From Clostridia bacterium (GTDB taxonomy: Bacteria > Bacillota > Clostridia > RGIG6154), in contig JAZNOU010000013.1 in the NCBI GenBank assembly GCA_045589295.1, forward strand, positions 1-64,000: a DNA stretch of 64,000 nt, in the 5' to 3' direction. The notes under the pieces are model-generated. The model saw nothing but the letters and a program-made list of their open reading frames with translations, had not been told where the DNA came from and did no database searches. How positions within the stretch are numbered: position 1 is the first letter of the stretch; each line of letters starts with the position of its first letter. Position numbers and translations under genes: made by a program. Shown here piece by piece: positions 17,642 to 28,795 of this stretch.

Positions 17642-19546
17642 TTAGCTTCTTTTCTTCCAAAGTGAAAATTTAAGGACAGTTGCAATTATAATAGCAAACA
17701 GCACCAGTCCACCGATATTTATAAATGATGCTGAAAGTCCGAGTTTTGCAGACAAATCAATCATTTCACCCACACCAAACACTGCTAAAAGTGCTAAAAG
17801 TATACCAACAAGACCTTCGCCCGCAATCATACCCGAGCAGAACAATATTCCATCATTTATTATTGTTTTCTTTTCATCTTCACTTTTCTTAATCTTTTCA
17901 AGTGCCAGACGAACTAATCCACCCACCATAATGCAAGCATTAAGTTGAACCGGAAGATAAACACCAATTGCAAACGGAAGTACAGGCAGTCCTACAATTT
18001 CAACTGCAATTGCAATAAACACCCCAATAAACACAAGTGCCCACGGAAGATTTCCTTCCATAACACCCTCAATAATGAGCTTCATCAGAGTCGCTTGCGG
18101 AGCAGCAAGTTCATTTGAACCAAACCCCCATGCTTCGTTTAAGAGATAGAGTGTTCCACCAATTGCAAGAGCAGCAGCGCAAACACCGATAATCTCTCCG
18201 ATCTGCTGTTTTTTAGGTGTTGCACCTAAAAGAAATCCTGTTTTAAGGTCTTGTGACGTGTCACCCGCAATAGCAGATACAATACAAATAATTGAACCAA
18301 TTGCAATGGCACTGCACATACCTGCAATTCCTTCATAACCGGTAAGCTTAAGAATTAATGTTGCAATCAAAAGTGTTGCAATAGCCATACCAGATACAGG
18401 ATTATTGCTACTACCCACAAGCCCTACCATTCTTGATGAAACTGTTGCGAAGAAAAAGCCAAAAACAACTACTATAATTGCACCAATCAAAGTAACAGGA
18501 ATAGCAGGAACAATCCAAACTAAAAGTGTTAATACTGCAATTACAATCAAAACTATTTTTATGTCAATATCCTTTGCAGTACGTTCATTTGAAACCACAC
18601 CGCCAACCGAAGACATACTTTTCATAGCACCGCTAAATGTTTTAATTATCAAAGGCAATGATTTAATAAGACTAATAATGCCACCTGCCGCAAGTGCACC
18701 TGCACCAATATATCTTATATAAGTGCTCCAGATAGCACTTGCACCGCCCGAAGCATACATTTCGCCAATCGTAGCAGTTCCAGGATAAAGTACAATACCT
18801 TCACCAAAAAGTACAATCAAAGGAATAATCACAAGCCAGCTTAACACACCGCCTGCAAACATATATGATGAAATTCTTGCACCGCAAATATAACCTACAC
18901 TCATAACCGCAGGATAAATCTGTGTTCCTATTTCGCCAGCAAACCCTTTAACACTTGCAGAAATTTCTCCTGAAACAAGTCTTAAACCATCAATGATAAA
19001 TTTGAAAAATGCTGCAAACCCCATACCAGCAAATACGGTTGATGCCTTAGCGCCGCCCTCTTCTCCTGCAAGTAACACCTCTGCACAAGCAGTTCCTTCA
19101 GGATAAGGAAGCACACCATGTTCTTTCACAATCAAAGCATTTCTTAAGGGTACCATAAAGAATACACCCAAAAGGCCGCCTAAAAGTGCGATTAAAGTTA
19201 TTTCAACAATACTTGGGTTAGTTGTTTTTCCCTCTGCTGCCCACAAAAATAGTGCAGGAAGAGTAAAAATTGCGCCTGCTGCCAAAGATTCACCGGCAGA
19301 GCCTATCGTCTGCACGATATTACTTTCCAGAATTGAATTTTTACGCATAATTACTCTTATAACTCCCATTGCAATAACTGCAGCGGGAATTGAAGCAGAC
19401 ACAGTCATACCGACTCTTAACCCTAAATATGCATTTGCTGCACCAAACACAACTGCCAAAATAATACCCATAACAATTGATGCAACTGTTATTTCCGGCG
19501 TAACTTTTTCAGCAGGAATATATGGTTTAAAATTGTTATTATCCAT
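17642..19546 (-). CDS. OPT family oligopeptide transporter (YSL-like clade)
   Basis: ANAYLGLRVGMTVSASIPAA, LPYPEGTACAEVL, GSSNNPVSG, QDLKTG, APQATLM. Start moved to MDNNN. Confidence 0.92.
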   Translation of the reverse strand: MDNNNFKPYIPAEKVTPEITVASIVMGIILAVVFGAANAYLGLRVGMTVSASIPAAVIAMGVIRVIMRKNSILESNIVQTIGSAGESLAAGAIFTLPALFLWAAEGKTTNPSIVEITLIALLGGLLGVFFMVPLRNALIVKEHGVLPYPEGTACAEVLLAGEEGGAKASTVFAGMGFAAFFKFIIDGLRLVSGEISASVKGFAGEIGTQIYPAVMSVGYICGARISSYMFAGGVLSWLVIIPLIVLFGEGIVLYPGTATIGEMYASGGASAIWSTYIRYIGAGALAAGGIISLIKSLPLIIKTFSGAMKSMSSVGGVVSNERTAKDIDIKIVLIVIAVLTLLVWIVPAIPVTLIGAIIVVVFGFFFATVSSRMVGLVGSSNNPVSGMAIATLLIATLILKLTGYEGIAGMCSAIAIGSIICIVSAIAGDTSQDLKTGFLLGATPKKQQIGEIIGVCAAALAIGGTLYLLNEAWGFGSNELAAPQATLMKLIIEGVMEGNLPWALVFIGVFIAIAVEIVGLPVLPFAIGVYLPVQLNACIMVGGLVRLALEKIKKSEDEKKTIINDGILFCSGMIAGEGLVGILLALLAVFGVGEMIDLSAKLGLSASFINIGGLVLFAIIIATVLKFSLWKKRS

Positions 19547-19631
19547 ATTAAACTCCGTTCTGCCGCTTAAACGGCTTAAAAATACAAATTGTATTTTATC
19601 ATATTTTAAGAGAAAATACAACTATTTTGGT

Positions 19632-21074
19632 TTATTTGCACTTTTTCAATATTTGTAAAATGCATTCATAAATATTTTCAACAGAAGAAATATTTACTCT
19701 CTCTTGTGTTGTGTGGGCATCCAAAATTTCAGGACCTATCGCAACACAGTCAAGCCCCTCCATTTTGTCGGCAAACATTCCACACTCAAGCCCCGCATGT
19801 ATTGCAACTATTTCAGGTTCAAACCCAAGATTTTGTTTATATACATCCTTACATATCTCCTGCAACTGAGAATTTGCCTTATACTCCCACGGATAATACA
19901 TTCCGTAAACATCAACTTTACAGTCAACTGCCAAGAAAAATGTTTTTAATTTTTCAACCAAAGCATCAAGTGCAGACCTTTTGTTGCTTCTCAACATGAA
20001 ATGAAACATTATTTCTTCATATTCTGTACTTACAACACCAAGATTAAGTGATGTTTCAACCAGTCCATCTATCGAATTACTCATAGAAACAACTCCGTCA
20101 GGAACACAACTTAGAAGATAAACAATTTTCTTGCTTTTTTCAAAAGGAATAACATCAAACTCTCCATCTGATATTTCTATATCAAAGTCAAACGTTTCTT
20201 CACGATCAGCAATTTCAGATTTTACTTCTTCTAAATATTTCTGGGTTGACTCTACAATTGTTTCCTCTGCCAAAATGTTGATTTCGCATCTGTTAGTAAT
20301 TGCATTTCCTTTGTCACCGCCATTTATTGAAACAATTTCAAAATCGTAGTTTAAACTTAGATGATTTAAAACTCTTCCTGCCAAAACATCCGCATTTACT
20401 CTGCCTTTGTCTATTTCAATACCTGAATGGCCGCCTTTTAACCCTTTTAATATGATTTTAATGTATTTACCTTGTTTTTTAACTCTGTTTACAGGTATAA
20501 AAGATTTGAAATCACATCCGCCCGCACATGAAACAGTAACAGTTTTAGGGTCTTCAGCATCAATATTTATCATTTTTTTGGATTTAAGCTTAGAACAATC
20601 AATGGAAGCTGCCCCTATTAGACCTATTTCTTCATCAACAGTAAAAACTGCTTCTAAATTTGGGTGCTCTAGGCTCTTGTCTTCCAAAATCGCCATAACA
20701 ATTGCTATTGCAATACCATTGTCAGCACCTAGAGTTGTCCCCTTTGCCCTTACAAAATCGCCATCAATATATGGTTTTATTCCTTCTTTTTCAAAGTCAA
20801 ATTCTATTTCAGCAAGCTTTTGACACACTATATCCATGTGCCCTTGGAGCATAACGGTGTCAGCATTCTCATATCCTTTTGACGCCTTTTTAAAAACAAC
20901 TACATTCCCGTGCTCATCTTTATATGCCAAAAGCTCATTTTTCTTAGCAAAATCAAGGCAGTATTCACCGATTTTGTTCATATTGCCCGACCCTCTTGGG
21001 ATATCGCTTATTTCCTCAAAAATTTCAAAAACTCTTTTCGGACTTAACCCGCTTAAAGCCGCCACTACATTCAC
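19632..21074 (-). CDS. pepD: M20C aminoacyl-histidine dipeptidase
   Basis: IPRGSGN, LQGHMD, TTLGADNG, VDEEIG, GGHSG, HAGLECG. Confidence 0.88.
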   Translation of the reverse strand: MNVVAALSGLSPKRVFEIFEEISDIPRGSGNMNKIGEYCLDFAKKNELLAYKDEHGNVVVFKKASKGYENADTVMLQGHMDIVCQKLAEIEFDFEKEGIKPYIDGDFVRAKGTTLGADNGIAIAIVMAILEDKSLEHPNLEAVFTVDEEIGLIGAASIDCSKLKSKKMINIDAEDPKTVTVSCAGGCDFKSFIPVNRVKKQGKYIKIILKGLKGGHSGIEIDKGRVNADVLAGRVLNHLSLNYDFEIVSINGGDKGNAITNRCEINILAEETIVESTQKYLEEVKSEIADREETFDFDIEISDGEFDVIPFEKSKKIVYLLSCVPDGVVSMSNSIDGLVETSLNLGVVSTEYEEIMFHFMLRSNKRSALDALVEKLKTFFLAVDCKVDVYGMYYPWEYKANSQLQEICKDVYKQNLGFEPEIVAIHAGLECGMFADKMEGLDCVAIGPEILDAHTTQERVNISSVENIYECILQILKKCK

Positions 21075-21143
21075 TCCTTGTTTTTTTATATAACAAAACC
21101 GACGATATTGTTTTTTCGAATATCGCCGGTTTAATTTAAAAAA

Positions 21144-21827
21144 TTATCTGTTTAAAATTAACTTTGTAAGTTCAACAGGGTCAACGATTTTTCCATCTTT
21201 GTAAACTCTCATATTTCCTGATGCGATTTCGTCAATCAAAATAACTTCGCCGTTATTATATCCAAATTCAAACTTAATATCCCACAAATCAAGACCAATT
21301 GTTTTTAAATCATCAGCAACGATTTTTGTGATTTTAAGAGTCTGCTGTTTCATGCTTTCAAACATTTCGAGTGACATTACCCCAAGTGCTGCCAACCCTT
21401 CAGCTGTAACAAGCGGATCGCCCTTTTCGTCATTTTTGAATGTACATTCTACATATCCGCCATCAAGAGGTGTTCCATCTTCAATATATTCGCCATATCT
21501 TCTGATAAAGCTACCTGTTGCTACAAGACGGCAAATAACTTCAAGTCCGTGACCAAAAACCTTACCCGGAAGCACTTCCATTGTAGCATCTTCAACATCA
21601 GCGCTCACATAATGAGTTTTGATACCTGCTTCTTTAAGCATATCAAAATAATAAACAGATGTACGAAGATTTGCTTTACCTATACCTTCAATTTTAAGAC
21701 CAACGGAATTTTCACCCGGATCAAACACACCATCTTTTCCTGTGCAATCATCTTTAAACTTCAAAAGCACGTTGCCGTTTTCAAGCTGAAAAACATCTTT
21801 TGTTTTACCTTCGTAAATTTTTTTCAT
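21144..21827 (-). CDS. purC: SAICAR synthase
   Basis: [37 protein letters not shown]. Confidence 0.92.
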   Translation of the reverse strand: MKKIYEGKTKDVFQLENGNVLLKFKDDCTGKDGVFDPGENSVGLKIEGIGKANLRTSVYYFDMLKEAGIKTHYVSADVEDATMEVLPGKVFGHGLEVICRLVATGSFIRRYGEYIEDGTPLDGGYVECTFKNDEKGDPLVTAEGLAALGVMSLEMFESMKQQTLKITKIVADDLKTIGLDLWDIKFEFGYNNGEVILIDEIASGNMRVYKDGKIVDPVELTKLILNR

Positions 21828-21913
21828 GAATCAAAACTCCTTTTCAATTTGTAATTTTTAATGAAAATATAATAACATATTTTTACAAAAAAATCAATAA
21901 TTTACTGTTATTT

Positions 21914-22270
21914 TTACATTAAACCTGGGATATTTAGTCCGCCAGTAATTTTACTCATTTGTTCAGATGAAATTTTCTCTGCTTTTGAAAGTGCTTCTCT
22001 TACGGCACTCAAAACCAAGTCTTCCAGCATTTCAACATCATCAGGATCAACTGCTTCAGGATTAATTTTAATTGCGGTAATTTCTTTTTTTGCATTTGCA
22101 GTAACTGTTACCATCCCGCCGCCTGCAGAAGCCTCACAGGTTAATGTATCAAGTTCTTCTTGCATTTTTATCATATCCTGCTGCATTTTCTGAGCTTGTT
22201 TCATCATCTGATTGAAATTAGCTCCTCCCATGCCGCCCATCGGAAATCTGTTTTTAGCCATTTTACTCAT
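21914..22270 (-). CDS. ybaB: YbaB/EbfC nucleoid-associated protein
   Basis: [26 protein letters not shown]; follows dnaX. Confidence 0.92.
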   Translation of the reverse strand: MSKMAKNRFPMGGMGGANFNQMMKQAQKMQQDMIKMQEELDTLTCEASAGGGMVTVTANAKKEITAIKINPEAVDPDDVEMLEDLVLSAVREALSKAEKISSEQMSKITGGLNIPGLM

Positions 22271-22274
22271 CCTT

Positions 22275-23903
22275 TCATTCTTCTTCTATTGTAACAATAT
22301 CAGGGAATTTTTGTGCAAGTTCTTCCAAAGAATGTGTTGTTACTTTTTTTGGTGCACTATCACCTAAGCTTGACTCACTTCTTAAAACAAATCTTACGCT
22401 ATATTCATTTCCTGTAATCTGTTTTAAAAGTCCGCTGATATATTTTGCATTTTCGAGATTATCAACCATATTTTTCAATATCTTTTTGTTATCTTCAAAA
22501 AGAATAATAAATAATCCGTCCTGTTCAACAGGTGCTGCAGATTTCATTGCACTGCTAAGTTGCATCTTTCTGTCTTTTAAAGCGGTATCTATCAGTTCAA
22601 TCCACAAATCAGTAAGTTTTGAAGCATCAACTTTTGAAGTATTTTCCTTTATTTCTTGTTTAGGTTGTACTTTTGGCTCAGGTTTCGTCTCTATTTGGAC
22701 ATCGCAAACTGTCTGTGCAGGTGCCAAAGGCTCATTCACTTGCGGTTCATAAACAGGTGGCTTATAATACTGCTGCGGTGGCATATCATAATATGCACTC
22801 TTTTCAGATACAGGTGCATCATTTAAATTGAGTGTAACAATTCCAGCTTCCAACATTACCTTTGGATTTGGACTTTCCTTTTGCACCTTATATAAACTGC
22901 TTAATTTATTTATAATGTTTGTAATTTCATCAGTTTTAAACATTTGAGCCTGTTGTTTAAATCTTTGTGCTCTTTCGGTTGCCATCTGAAGCACTGCTGA
23001 CGGATTTTTAACCAAAGATGCAATAAGAAGGCATCTGAAATGTTCTATTAAGTAGGTTGTAAGAAGCACAGGGTCCCTGCCCTCTCTTATGGTATCTTCA
23101 ATTTTTTCAAGACAAGTTCCCACATCATTTGAAGCTATTGCATCTGTTATTTCAAACAACGTTTTATCATCTGCAATACCTAAAATTTTGGTAACTGTTT
23201 GTCCCGAAATATCACCATTTGTAAAAGAAACACACTTGTCCAATATTGCAAGACTGTCACGCATAGAACCATCTGCAGCATAGGAAATAACATTTAAAGC
23301 TTCTTCGTCAATTTTTACATTTTTTTCCTGGCAAACATACGAAAGTCTTTTCTTGATATCTTCAGACGAAATTCTCTTAAAATCAAATCTCTGACATCTC
23401 GAAAGAATAGTTGCGGGAACTTTATGATATTCTGTTGTTGCTAAAATAAAAATAACATGTTCAGGTGGCTCTTCCAATGTTTTTAAAAGAGCATTAAAAG
23501 CTCCTGTTGAAAGCATGTGTACTTCGTCTATTATATATACCTTATATTTAAGCATTGTCGGTGGATACATAACTTCATCACGAATATCTCGAATATTTTC
23601 AACACTTGTATTGGAAGCTGCATCAATTTCAATGACATCAATCGCCATTCCGTTTGCAATACTTTTACAGGATTCACACTCGTTGCATGGATTTGAATTA
23701 ACCGGGTTTTCACAGTTTACTGCACGCGACAAAACACGGGCAGTACTTGTTTTACCCGTTCCTCTTGTTCCACAGAATAAATACGCGTGCGAAACCTGAC
23801 CTGATTCAATTTGATTTTTCAGTGCCTGTACTATATGTTCCTGTCCTATCATATCGTCAAATATTTCCGGCCGGAACTGTCTGTATAAAGCCTGATATTC
23901 CAT
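22275..23903 (-). CDS. dnaX: DNA polymerase III subunit gamma/tau
   Basis: [14 protein letters not shown], zinc Cys cluster, [11 protein letters not shown]. Start moved to MEYQ because the longer ORF overlaps SRP RNA. Confidence 0.95.
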   Translation of the reverse strand: MEYQALYRQFRPEIFDDMIGQEHIVQALKNQIESGQVSHAYLFCGTRGTGKTSTARVLSRAVNCENPVNSNPCNECESCKSIANGMAIDVIEIDAASNTSVENIRDIRDEVMYPPTMLKYKVYIIDEVHMLSTGAFNALLKTLEEPPEHVIFILATTEYHKVPATILSRCQRFDFKRISSEDIKKRLSYVCQEKNVKIDEEALNVISYAADGSMRDSLAILDKCVSFTNGDISGQTVTKILGIADDKTLFEITDAIASNDVGTCLEKIEDTIREGRDPVLLTTYLIEHFRCLLIASLVKNPSAVLQMATERAQRFKQQAQMFKTDEITNIINKLSSLYKVQKESPNPKVMLEAGIVTLNLNDAPVSEKSAYYDMPPQQYYKPPVYEPQVNEPLAPAQTVCDVQIETKPEPKVQPKQEIKENTSKVDASKLTDLWIELIDTALKDRKMQLSSAMKSAAPVEQDGLFIILFEDNKKILKNMVDNLENAKYISGLLKQITGNEYSVRFVLRSESSLGDSAPKKVTTHSLEELAQKFPDIVTIEEE

Positions 23904-23926
23904 TTTCTTCACCTTTGAGTAAAATA

Positions 23927-24197
23927 TGCTATACAACCCGACTTTGAAAAAGAAATATGCGCGTTTATTAAGTTCTTTGCTCAAACAGAGCTACCTTAAC
24001 GTCACATCACAGGTTTTACTTATTGCTGCTCGGTTCCCCGCCTGACAAGGTTCGTAAATTGCGATTGCGTAAGACTCTGCTCTCAACACAAATTACAAAA
24101 CAACAGCCACACATTCCAGTCCCGAGGTCGGGTATTCACCCTTGCTATAGCGGATTGCAAGTTCAGGGCACCGCTGCCTCCCCGGTTAGTATAGCTC
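23927..24197 (-). ncRNA. ffs: Large (Bacillus-type) SRP RNA
   Basis: Alu domain GGGGAGGCAGCGGTGCCCTG..GCAATCCGCTATAGC; helix 8 GAACC..TCAGGCGG-GGAA-CCGAGCAGC; terminal pairing GCTATAC/GTATAGC; upstream of dnaX. Confidence 0.92.
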
Positions 24198-24238
24198 TGG
24201 TTATTTAAGCCAATGTGGCATAAATACTGAATTATCAA

Positions 24239-24270
24239 CTATGACCGCTTTTTTAAAAAAGCGGTCATAG
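24239..24270. repeat. Perfect 32-bp palindrome between tRNA-Leu and SRP RNA
   Basis: ctatgaccgctttttt/aaaaaagcggtcatag. Confidence 0.85.
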
Positions 24271-24273
24271 AAG

Positions 24274-24356
24274 TGGTGCGGGCGAAGGGACTTGAACCCC
24301 CACGGTCTCCCACCAGATCCTAAGTCTGGCGCGTCTGCCAATTCCGCCACGCCCGC
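24274..24356 (-). tRNA. tRNA-Leu(TAG)
   Basis: GCGGGCG..GGAATTGGCAGAC, CCAGA-CT-TAG-GA-TCTGG, variable arm, GGGGG-TTCAAGT-CCCTT, CGCCCGC-A-CCA; promoter TTGACA-17-TATCAT upstream. Confidence 0.96.
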
Positions 24357-24410
24357 AAGTTACTTAAATATGATACCATATCATACTCATTTTGTCAAGA
24401 CTTTGCGGCT

Positions 24411-26480
24411 TTAAAAAAGCTTTGAAATAGTAGAAATTAAAAAGCAAACCGTCATTCCCACAATACTTGGGATTGCTAAAGACAAAAATGTCCATTTTAA
24501 GCTTTTGGTTTCTTTTTTTACTGTCATTAAAGTTGTTGCACAAGGCCAGTGAAAAAGCGAAAATACCATTGTGCAAACAGCTGTAACAGTAGTCCATCCA
24601 TTCTGCACAAACAAGTTTTTTATAATGCTTAAATCTTCAATTTTAACAAGACTTGCGTTTGACATATAAGCCATAATTATTATTGGAAGTACTATTTCGT
24701 TCGCAGGAAGACCTAAAACAAACGCCAAAAGTATTACTCCGTCCAACCCGAGCAATTTCCCAAACGGATCTAAAAATGTGCTTATATAATTAAGCAAGGT
24801 TATATCTTTTATTGTTATGTTTGCCAAAAACCAGATAATTAAACCTGCAGGTGCAGCAGCAGTTACTGCCCTTCCCAAAACAAATATCATTCTGTCCACT
24901 ACAGATTTCACAATTATCTGCGTAATCTTAGGCTTTCTGTACGGCGGAAGCTCTAAGGTAAAGGCAGATGTAGTTCCTTTTAAAAATGTTTTGGAAAGAA
25001 AACTTGATACCAAAAACGTCACAAATATTCCAATTATGATAAACGAAGTAAGAATAAGCGCTCCGAAAAAAGTAGAAAAACTACTGTTTGCAGTTATTAA
25101 AAACATCGAAATGATTGCAACTAAAAATGGAAATCTGCCATTGCACGGCACAAAACTGTTAGTTAGAATAGCGATAATTCTTTCCCTCTCAGAATCAATT
25201 ATTCTTGCTCCTGTAACCCCTACTGCATTACAACCAAACCCCATACACATTGTAAGTGCTTGCTTACCACATGCATTACACTTTTTAAAAGTTTTATCCA
25301 AGTTAAACGCAATTCTTGGCAAATACCCCAAGTCCTCCAGAAAAGTAAAAAGAGGAAAAAATATTGCCATTGGTGGCAACATCACTGAAACTACCCAAGA
25401 GAGCACACGATACATTCCAAAAATTAAAGGGTTATATATAATTTCAGGAATTTTGAGTTTTATACAAGCACTAAGCAAAACATTTTCAAATTCAAAAAGA
25501 ATATCGCCTAATAATTCTGACGGAATATTTGCACCCCATATTGTTATCCACAAAACAGTTGCAAGCAAAAGTGCCATAAAAGGAACACCCGTTATCTTTC
25601 CTGTCAAAATTCTATCAATTTTCCTGTCACGCATAAGATATTTTTCATCAGTTACACTCACTACGCCCTTAACACTTTCATCTGCCGCAGCACCAATACT
25701 TACTGCAATTTCGTCTTTGATTTTTTCTTTTGTAAAACCCGATTCTTTTAAAAAATTTTTCGCTTCTGCTACTGTATTTTTAATATTTTCATTTTCAAGA
25801 ACATCTTTTGATGTGTATTTTTTTATGCTTTCGTTTATAGTTTTATCTGCCTCTATAAGTTTTATTGCAAGCCACCTTGCATTTATATTAATTCCGAGAT
25901 TTTCTTTTTCAATTACTTTTTGAATTTTTTGTATTTGATTTTCAAGTATCGGTATGTACTGAACTTTTTTAACTTCATTGTTTTTTTTGTTTTTGGATAG
26001 AGTTTTAAGCAACTCATCTATCCCATCTTTTTTAGATGCATTTGTACCAACAACTTCAACTCCTAAATTTGACGAAAGTTTTTGCAAATCTACTTTAATG
26101 TGTTTTCTTTTTGCCTCATCTAAAAGATTTACGCAAACTACAACATTTTCGCTTATTTCAAGTGTTTGCAACACCAGATTCATATTCCTTTCAATGCACG
26201 TTGCATCACATACTACAACAATTTTATCAGGTGAAGAAAAGCAAAGAAAATCGCGCGCTATTTCTTCTTCCTTTGAGTGTGCAAGAAGTGAATAAGTACC
26301 TGGGATATCCACAAAAACAAATTTTTTATCCTTATATTTACTCTCTCCCTCTGCATTTCCAACCGTTTTCCCTGCCCAGTTTCCTGTGTGTTGTTTAAGA
26401 CCGGTAAGCGCATTAAAAATTGTGCTTTTTCCCACATTGGGATTCCCCGCAAGTGCCACTGTTATTACAGAATCAGTCAT
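24411..26480 (-). CDS. feoB: Ferrous iron transporter B
   Basis: GNPNVGKS, GNWAGKT, DIPGTY, gate motifs GFGC and PANE, C-terminal PC. Confidence 0.95.
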   Translation of the reverse strand: MTDSVITVALAGNPNVGKSTIFNALTGLKQHTGNWAGKTVGNAEGESKYKDKKFVFVDIPGTYSLLAHSKEEEIARDFLCFSSPDKIVVVCDATCIERNMNLVLQTLEISENVVVCVNLLDEAKRKHIKVDLQKLSSNLGVEVVGTNASKKDGIDELLKTLSKNKKNNEVKKVQYIPILENQIQKIQKVIEKENLGININARWLAIKLIEADKTINESIKKYTSKDVLENENIKNTVAEAKNFLKESGFTKEKIKDEIAVSIGAAADESVKGVVSVTDEKYLMRDRKIDRILTGKITGVPFMALLLATVLWITIWGANIPSELLGDILFEFENVLLSACIKLKIPEIIYNPLIFGMYRVLSWVVSVMLPPMAIFFPLFTFLEDLGYLPRIAFNLDKTFKKCNACGKQALTMCMGFGCNAVGVTGARIIDSERERIIAILTNSFVPCNGRFPFLVAIISMFLITANSSFSTFFGALILTSFIIIGIFVTFLVSSFLSKTFLKGTTSAFTLELPPYRKPKITQIIVKSVVDRMIFVLGRAVTAAAPAGLIIWFLANITIKDITLLNYISTFLDPFGKLLGLDGVILLAFVLGLPANEIVLPIIIMAYMSNASLVKIEDLSIIKNLFVQNGWTTVTAVCTMVFSLFHWPCATTLMTVKKETKSLKWTFLSLAIPSIVGMTVCFLISTISKLF

Positions 26481-26721
26481 ATTTCAACCTCACATATATT
26501 TTTTTACTGTCATCCTCTCTGATTGCGATAACCGCCCCCTTTATTAAAAAAGCAGTAGGATCACCGCTCGGTGCTTTTAAAACGCACTCTATTTCAGTTC
26601 CTGAAACCACCCCGATATCCTGAAGTCTGCGTCTAATGCTTCCTTCATTTTCAAGATATAAAATTTTTCCACAATCACCTATATTAAGGGTATTTAACCC
26701 GCATTTTTTACTCATATACAA
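26473..26721 (-). CDS. feoA: Ferrous iron transport protein A
   Basis: RRLQDIG..GT, APSGDP, IAIR; overlaps feoB. Confidence 0.92.
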   Translation of the reverse strand: MYMSKKCGLNTLNIGDCGKILYLENEGSIRRRLQDIGVVSGTEIECVLKAPSGDPTAFLIKGAVIAIREDDSKKIYVRLKYD

Positions 26722-26801
26722 CTACTCCTCAGTACCATAGTATGAAATATGAGATTAAACGTGCAACTGCACAAAAAAAGCAACCTTTCGGTTGCTTTAA
26801 T

Positions 26802-27218
26802 TTATTTTGCTTCTGCTTCGCAATATATACAACGGTAAATCCTGTTTTGTCTGTCAGTGAGTTTAAAAATGTGCTCGATGTCTTGTTCTGTAGTAGTAAT
26901 ACATCTTGGATTTTTACATTTGATTACATTTGTTACTGTTTGAGGAAGTGCTAAGTGCATCTTTTCAACAATTACACTGTTTTTTACAACATTAACTGTT
27001 GCATCAGGTGCAATATAACCCAAAACATCAAGATCAAGGTCGATATCTGCATCAATTTTGATGATATCCTTTTTGCCCATTTTACCGCTTACTACGTTTT
27101 TTATAATAGCAACTGGAAAATCAAGCTCATCAAGATTAAGATACTTATAAACCTCCATAGCATTTCCAGCTTTTATATGGTCAATAACAAACCCGTTTTT
27201 AATAGAATCTATATTCAT
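26802..27218 (-). CDS. pyrI: Aspartate carbamoyltransferase regulatory chain
   Basis: IKNGFVIDHI, GKKDIIK, zinc CKNPRC..CIYC. Confidence 0.93.
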   Translation of the reverse strand: MNIDSIKNGFVIDHIKAGNAMEVYKYLNLDELDFPVAIIKNVVSGKMGKKDIIKIDADIDLDLDVLGYIAPDATVNVVKNSVIVEKMHLALPQTVTNVIKCKNPRCITTTEQDIEHIFKLTDRQNRIYRCIYCEAEAK

Positions 27219-27232
27219 TATTTTATCTCCCC

Positions 27233-28147
27233 TTAATCAATTTCCAAAAGTTTCAAAATGAGCGCCATTCTTGCATATTTTCCGTTTAAAACCTGTTTAA
27301 AATAACATGCTCTTGGGTCTTCATCAATTTTTGTGGAAATTTCATTTACTCTTGGAAGCGGATGAAGGATAATTAAATCTTCTTTTGCCGTTTCAAGTTT
27401 TTCGGGTGTTAAAATATAACTGTCACGCAGTCTGATATAATCAGCTTCGTTGAAAAATCTTTCCTTTTGAACTCTTGTCATATACAAAACATCAAGTTCA
27501 CTCATCACTTCTTCAAGATTTGCAGTTTCAATATATTCAGAGTTTGATTTATCCAAAATATCTGTTTTGATGTAATCAGGGACTTTAAGTTCATTTGGTG
27601 ATACAAGCACAAACTTAACATTTTCATATCTTGTTAATGCTGATATAAGTGAGTGAACTGTTCTTCCGAATTTAAGGTCGCCACAAAATCCGATTGTAAT
27701 ATTATCAAGTCTTTTCTTTTCACGCTTAATAGTTAAAAGGTCAGTTAATGTCTGTGTGGGATGATTGTGTCCACCGTCGCCTGCGTTTATTATCGGCACA
27801 TCAGACTTAAATGACGCGACCATAGGTGCACCTTCTTTAGGATGGCGCATTGCAATAATATCGGCATAGCAAGAAACAACCTTAACAGTATCTCCTACAC
27901 TTTCACCTTTAGAAGAAGAACTGCTTTGTGCTTCAGAAAATCCCAAAACATTTCCACCCAATTCCATCATTGCAGCCTCAAAAGAAAGTCTGGTTCTTGT
28001 AGATGGTTCAAAAAACAGCGTTGCAAGCTTTTTATACTTGCATTTTTCCCTGTATTTTTCGGGATTTTCAATTATATCATTTGCTTTTTCAATTAACTCT
28101 TCAATTTCATCTGTAGTAATATCTCTAATATCAATCAGATGTCTCAT
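27233..28147 (-). CDS. pyrB: Aspartate carbamoyltransferase catalytic chain
   Basis: [27 protein letters not shown]. Confidence 0.96.
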   Translation of the reverse strand: MRHLIDIRDITTDEIEELIEKANDIIENPEKYREKCKYKKLATLFFEPSTRTRLSFEAAMMELGGNVLGFSEAQSSSSSKGESVGDTVKVVSCYADIIAMRHPKEGAPMVASFKSDVPIINAGDGGHNHPTQTLTDLLTIKREKKRLDNITIGFCGDLKFGRTVHSLISALTRYENVKFVLVSPNELKVPDYIKTDILDKSNSEYIETANLEEVMSELDVLYMTRVQKERFFNEADYIRLRDSYILTPEKLETAKEDLIILHPLPRVNEISTKIDEDPRACYFKQVLNGKYARMALILKLLEID

Positions 28148-28782
28148 TTTGTTCCTCCTATCCAGCTTTCATCAGATGGATTATTACGAAAAGCAATAAG
28201 TTTTGCAATATCCTCCGGTTTGATATATCCTGTCTCTGCTGCAACCCGTGCGATAACATCAAAGTTTGTAAGGCTGACATTTTTTACATTTGCTTCATTA
28301 AGTCTATCAAGACCTTTTTTCATTCCGTAGGTAAATATACTTGCAACACCTAAAACTTCTGCGCCTGCCTCACGGAGTGCATCTACAACATCAATAACAC
28401 TTCCGCCTGTTGAAATAAGGTCTTCAATTACAACAACCTTCTGACCTTTTTCTAATTTTCCTTCAATTCTGTTTGTTCTACCGTGGTCTTTATTGCTTGA
28501 GCGAACATATCCCATAGGCATATTAAGAATGTGACCTGTAATTGCAGCGTGAGCAATACCTGCAGTTGATGTTCCCATTAAAACTTCACACTCAGGATAT
28601 TCTCTTTTAACAACTTCAGCCAAACCTTCTTCAATCATTGTTCTTACATTTGGTGCTGTAAGTGTTAATCTGTTGTCACAGTAAACCGGACTTTTAATAC
28701 CGCTTGCCCAAGTAAATGGATCTTCTGGTCTTAAAAACACCGCTCCGATTGAAAGCAGTCCTTCTGCAATTTTTCTTTCCAT
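28144..28782 (-). CDS. pyrE: Orotate phosphoribosyltransferase
   Basis: [29 protein letters not shown]. Confidence 0.95.
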   Translation of the reverse strand: MERKIAEGLLSIGAVFLRPEDPFTWASGIKSPVYCDNRLTLTAPNVRTMIEEGLAEVVKREYPECEVLMGTSTAGIAHAAITGHILNMPMGYVRSSNKDHGRTNRIEGKLEKGQKVVVIEDLISTGGSVIDVVDALREAGAEVLGVASIFTYGMKKGLDRLNEANVKNVSLTNFDVIARVAAETGYIKPEDIAKLIAFRNNPSDESWIGGTK

Positions 28783-28795
28783 TTTGTTATCCTCC

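Noticed and set aside
22344-22350. dnaX programmed frameshift (A7 run)
   Set aside because: About 22 codons from the stop, no stimulatory element seen, and A-runs are common in this AT-rich DNA.
23904-24208. dnaX N-terminal extension and 61-aa ORF at 24023-24208
   Set aside because: Both overlap the SRP RNA gene; spurious.
24817-25923. 368-aa antisense ORF inside feoB
   Set aside because: Codon-aligned shadow of a hydrophobic gene, with no recognisable motif or RBS; the same applies to the many short antisense ORFs in the track.
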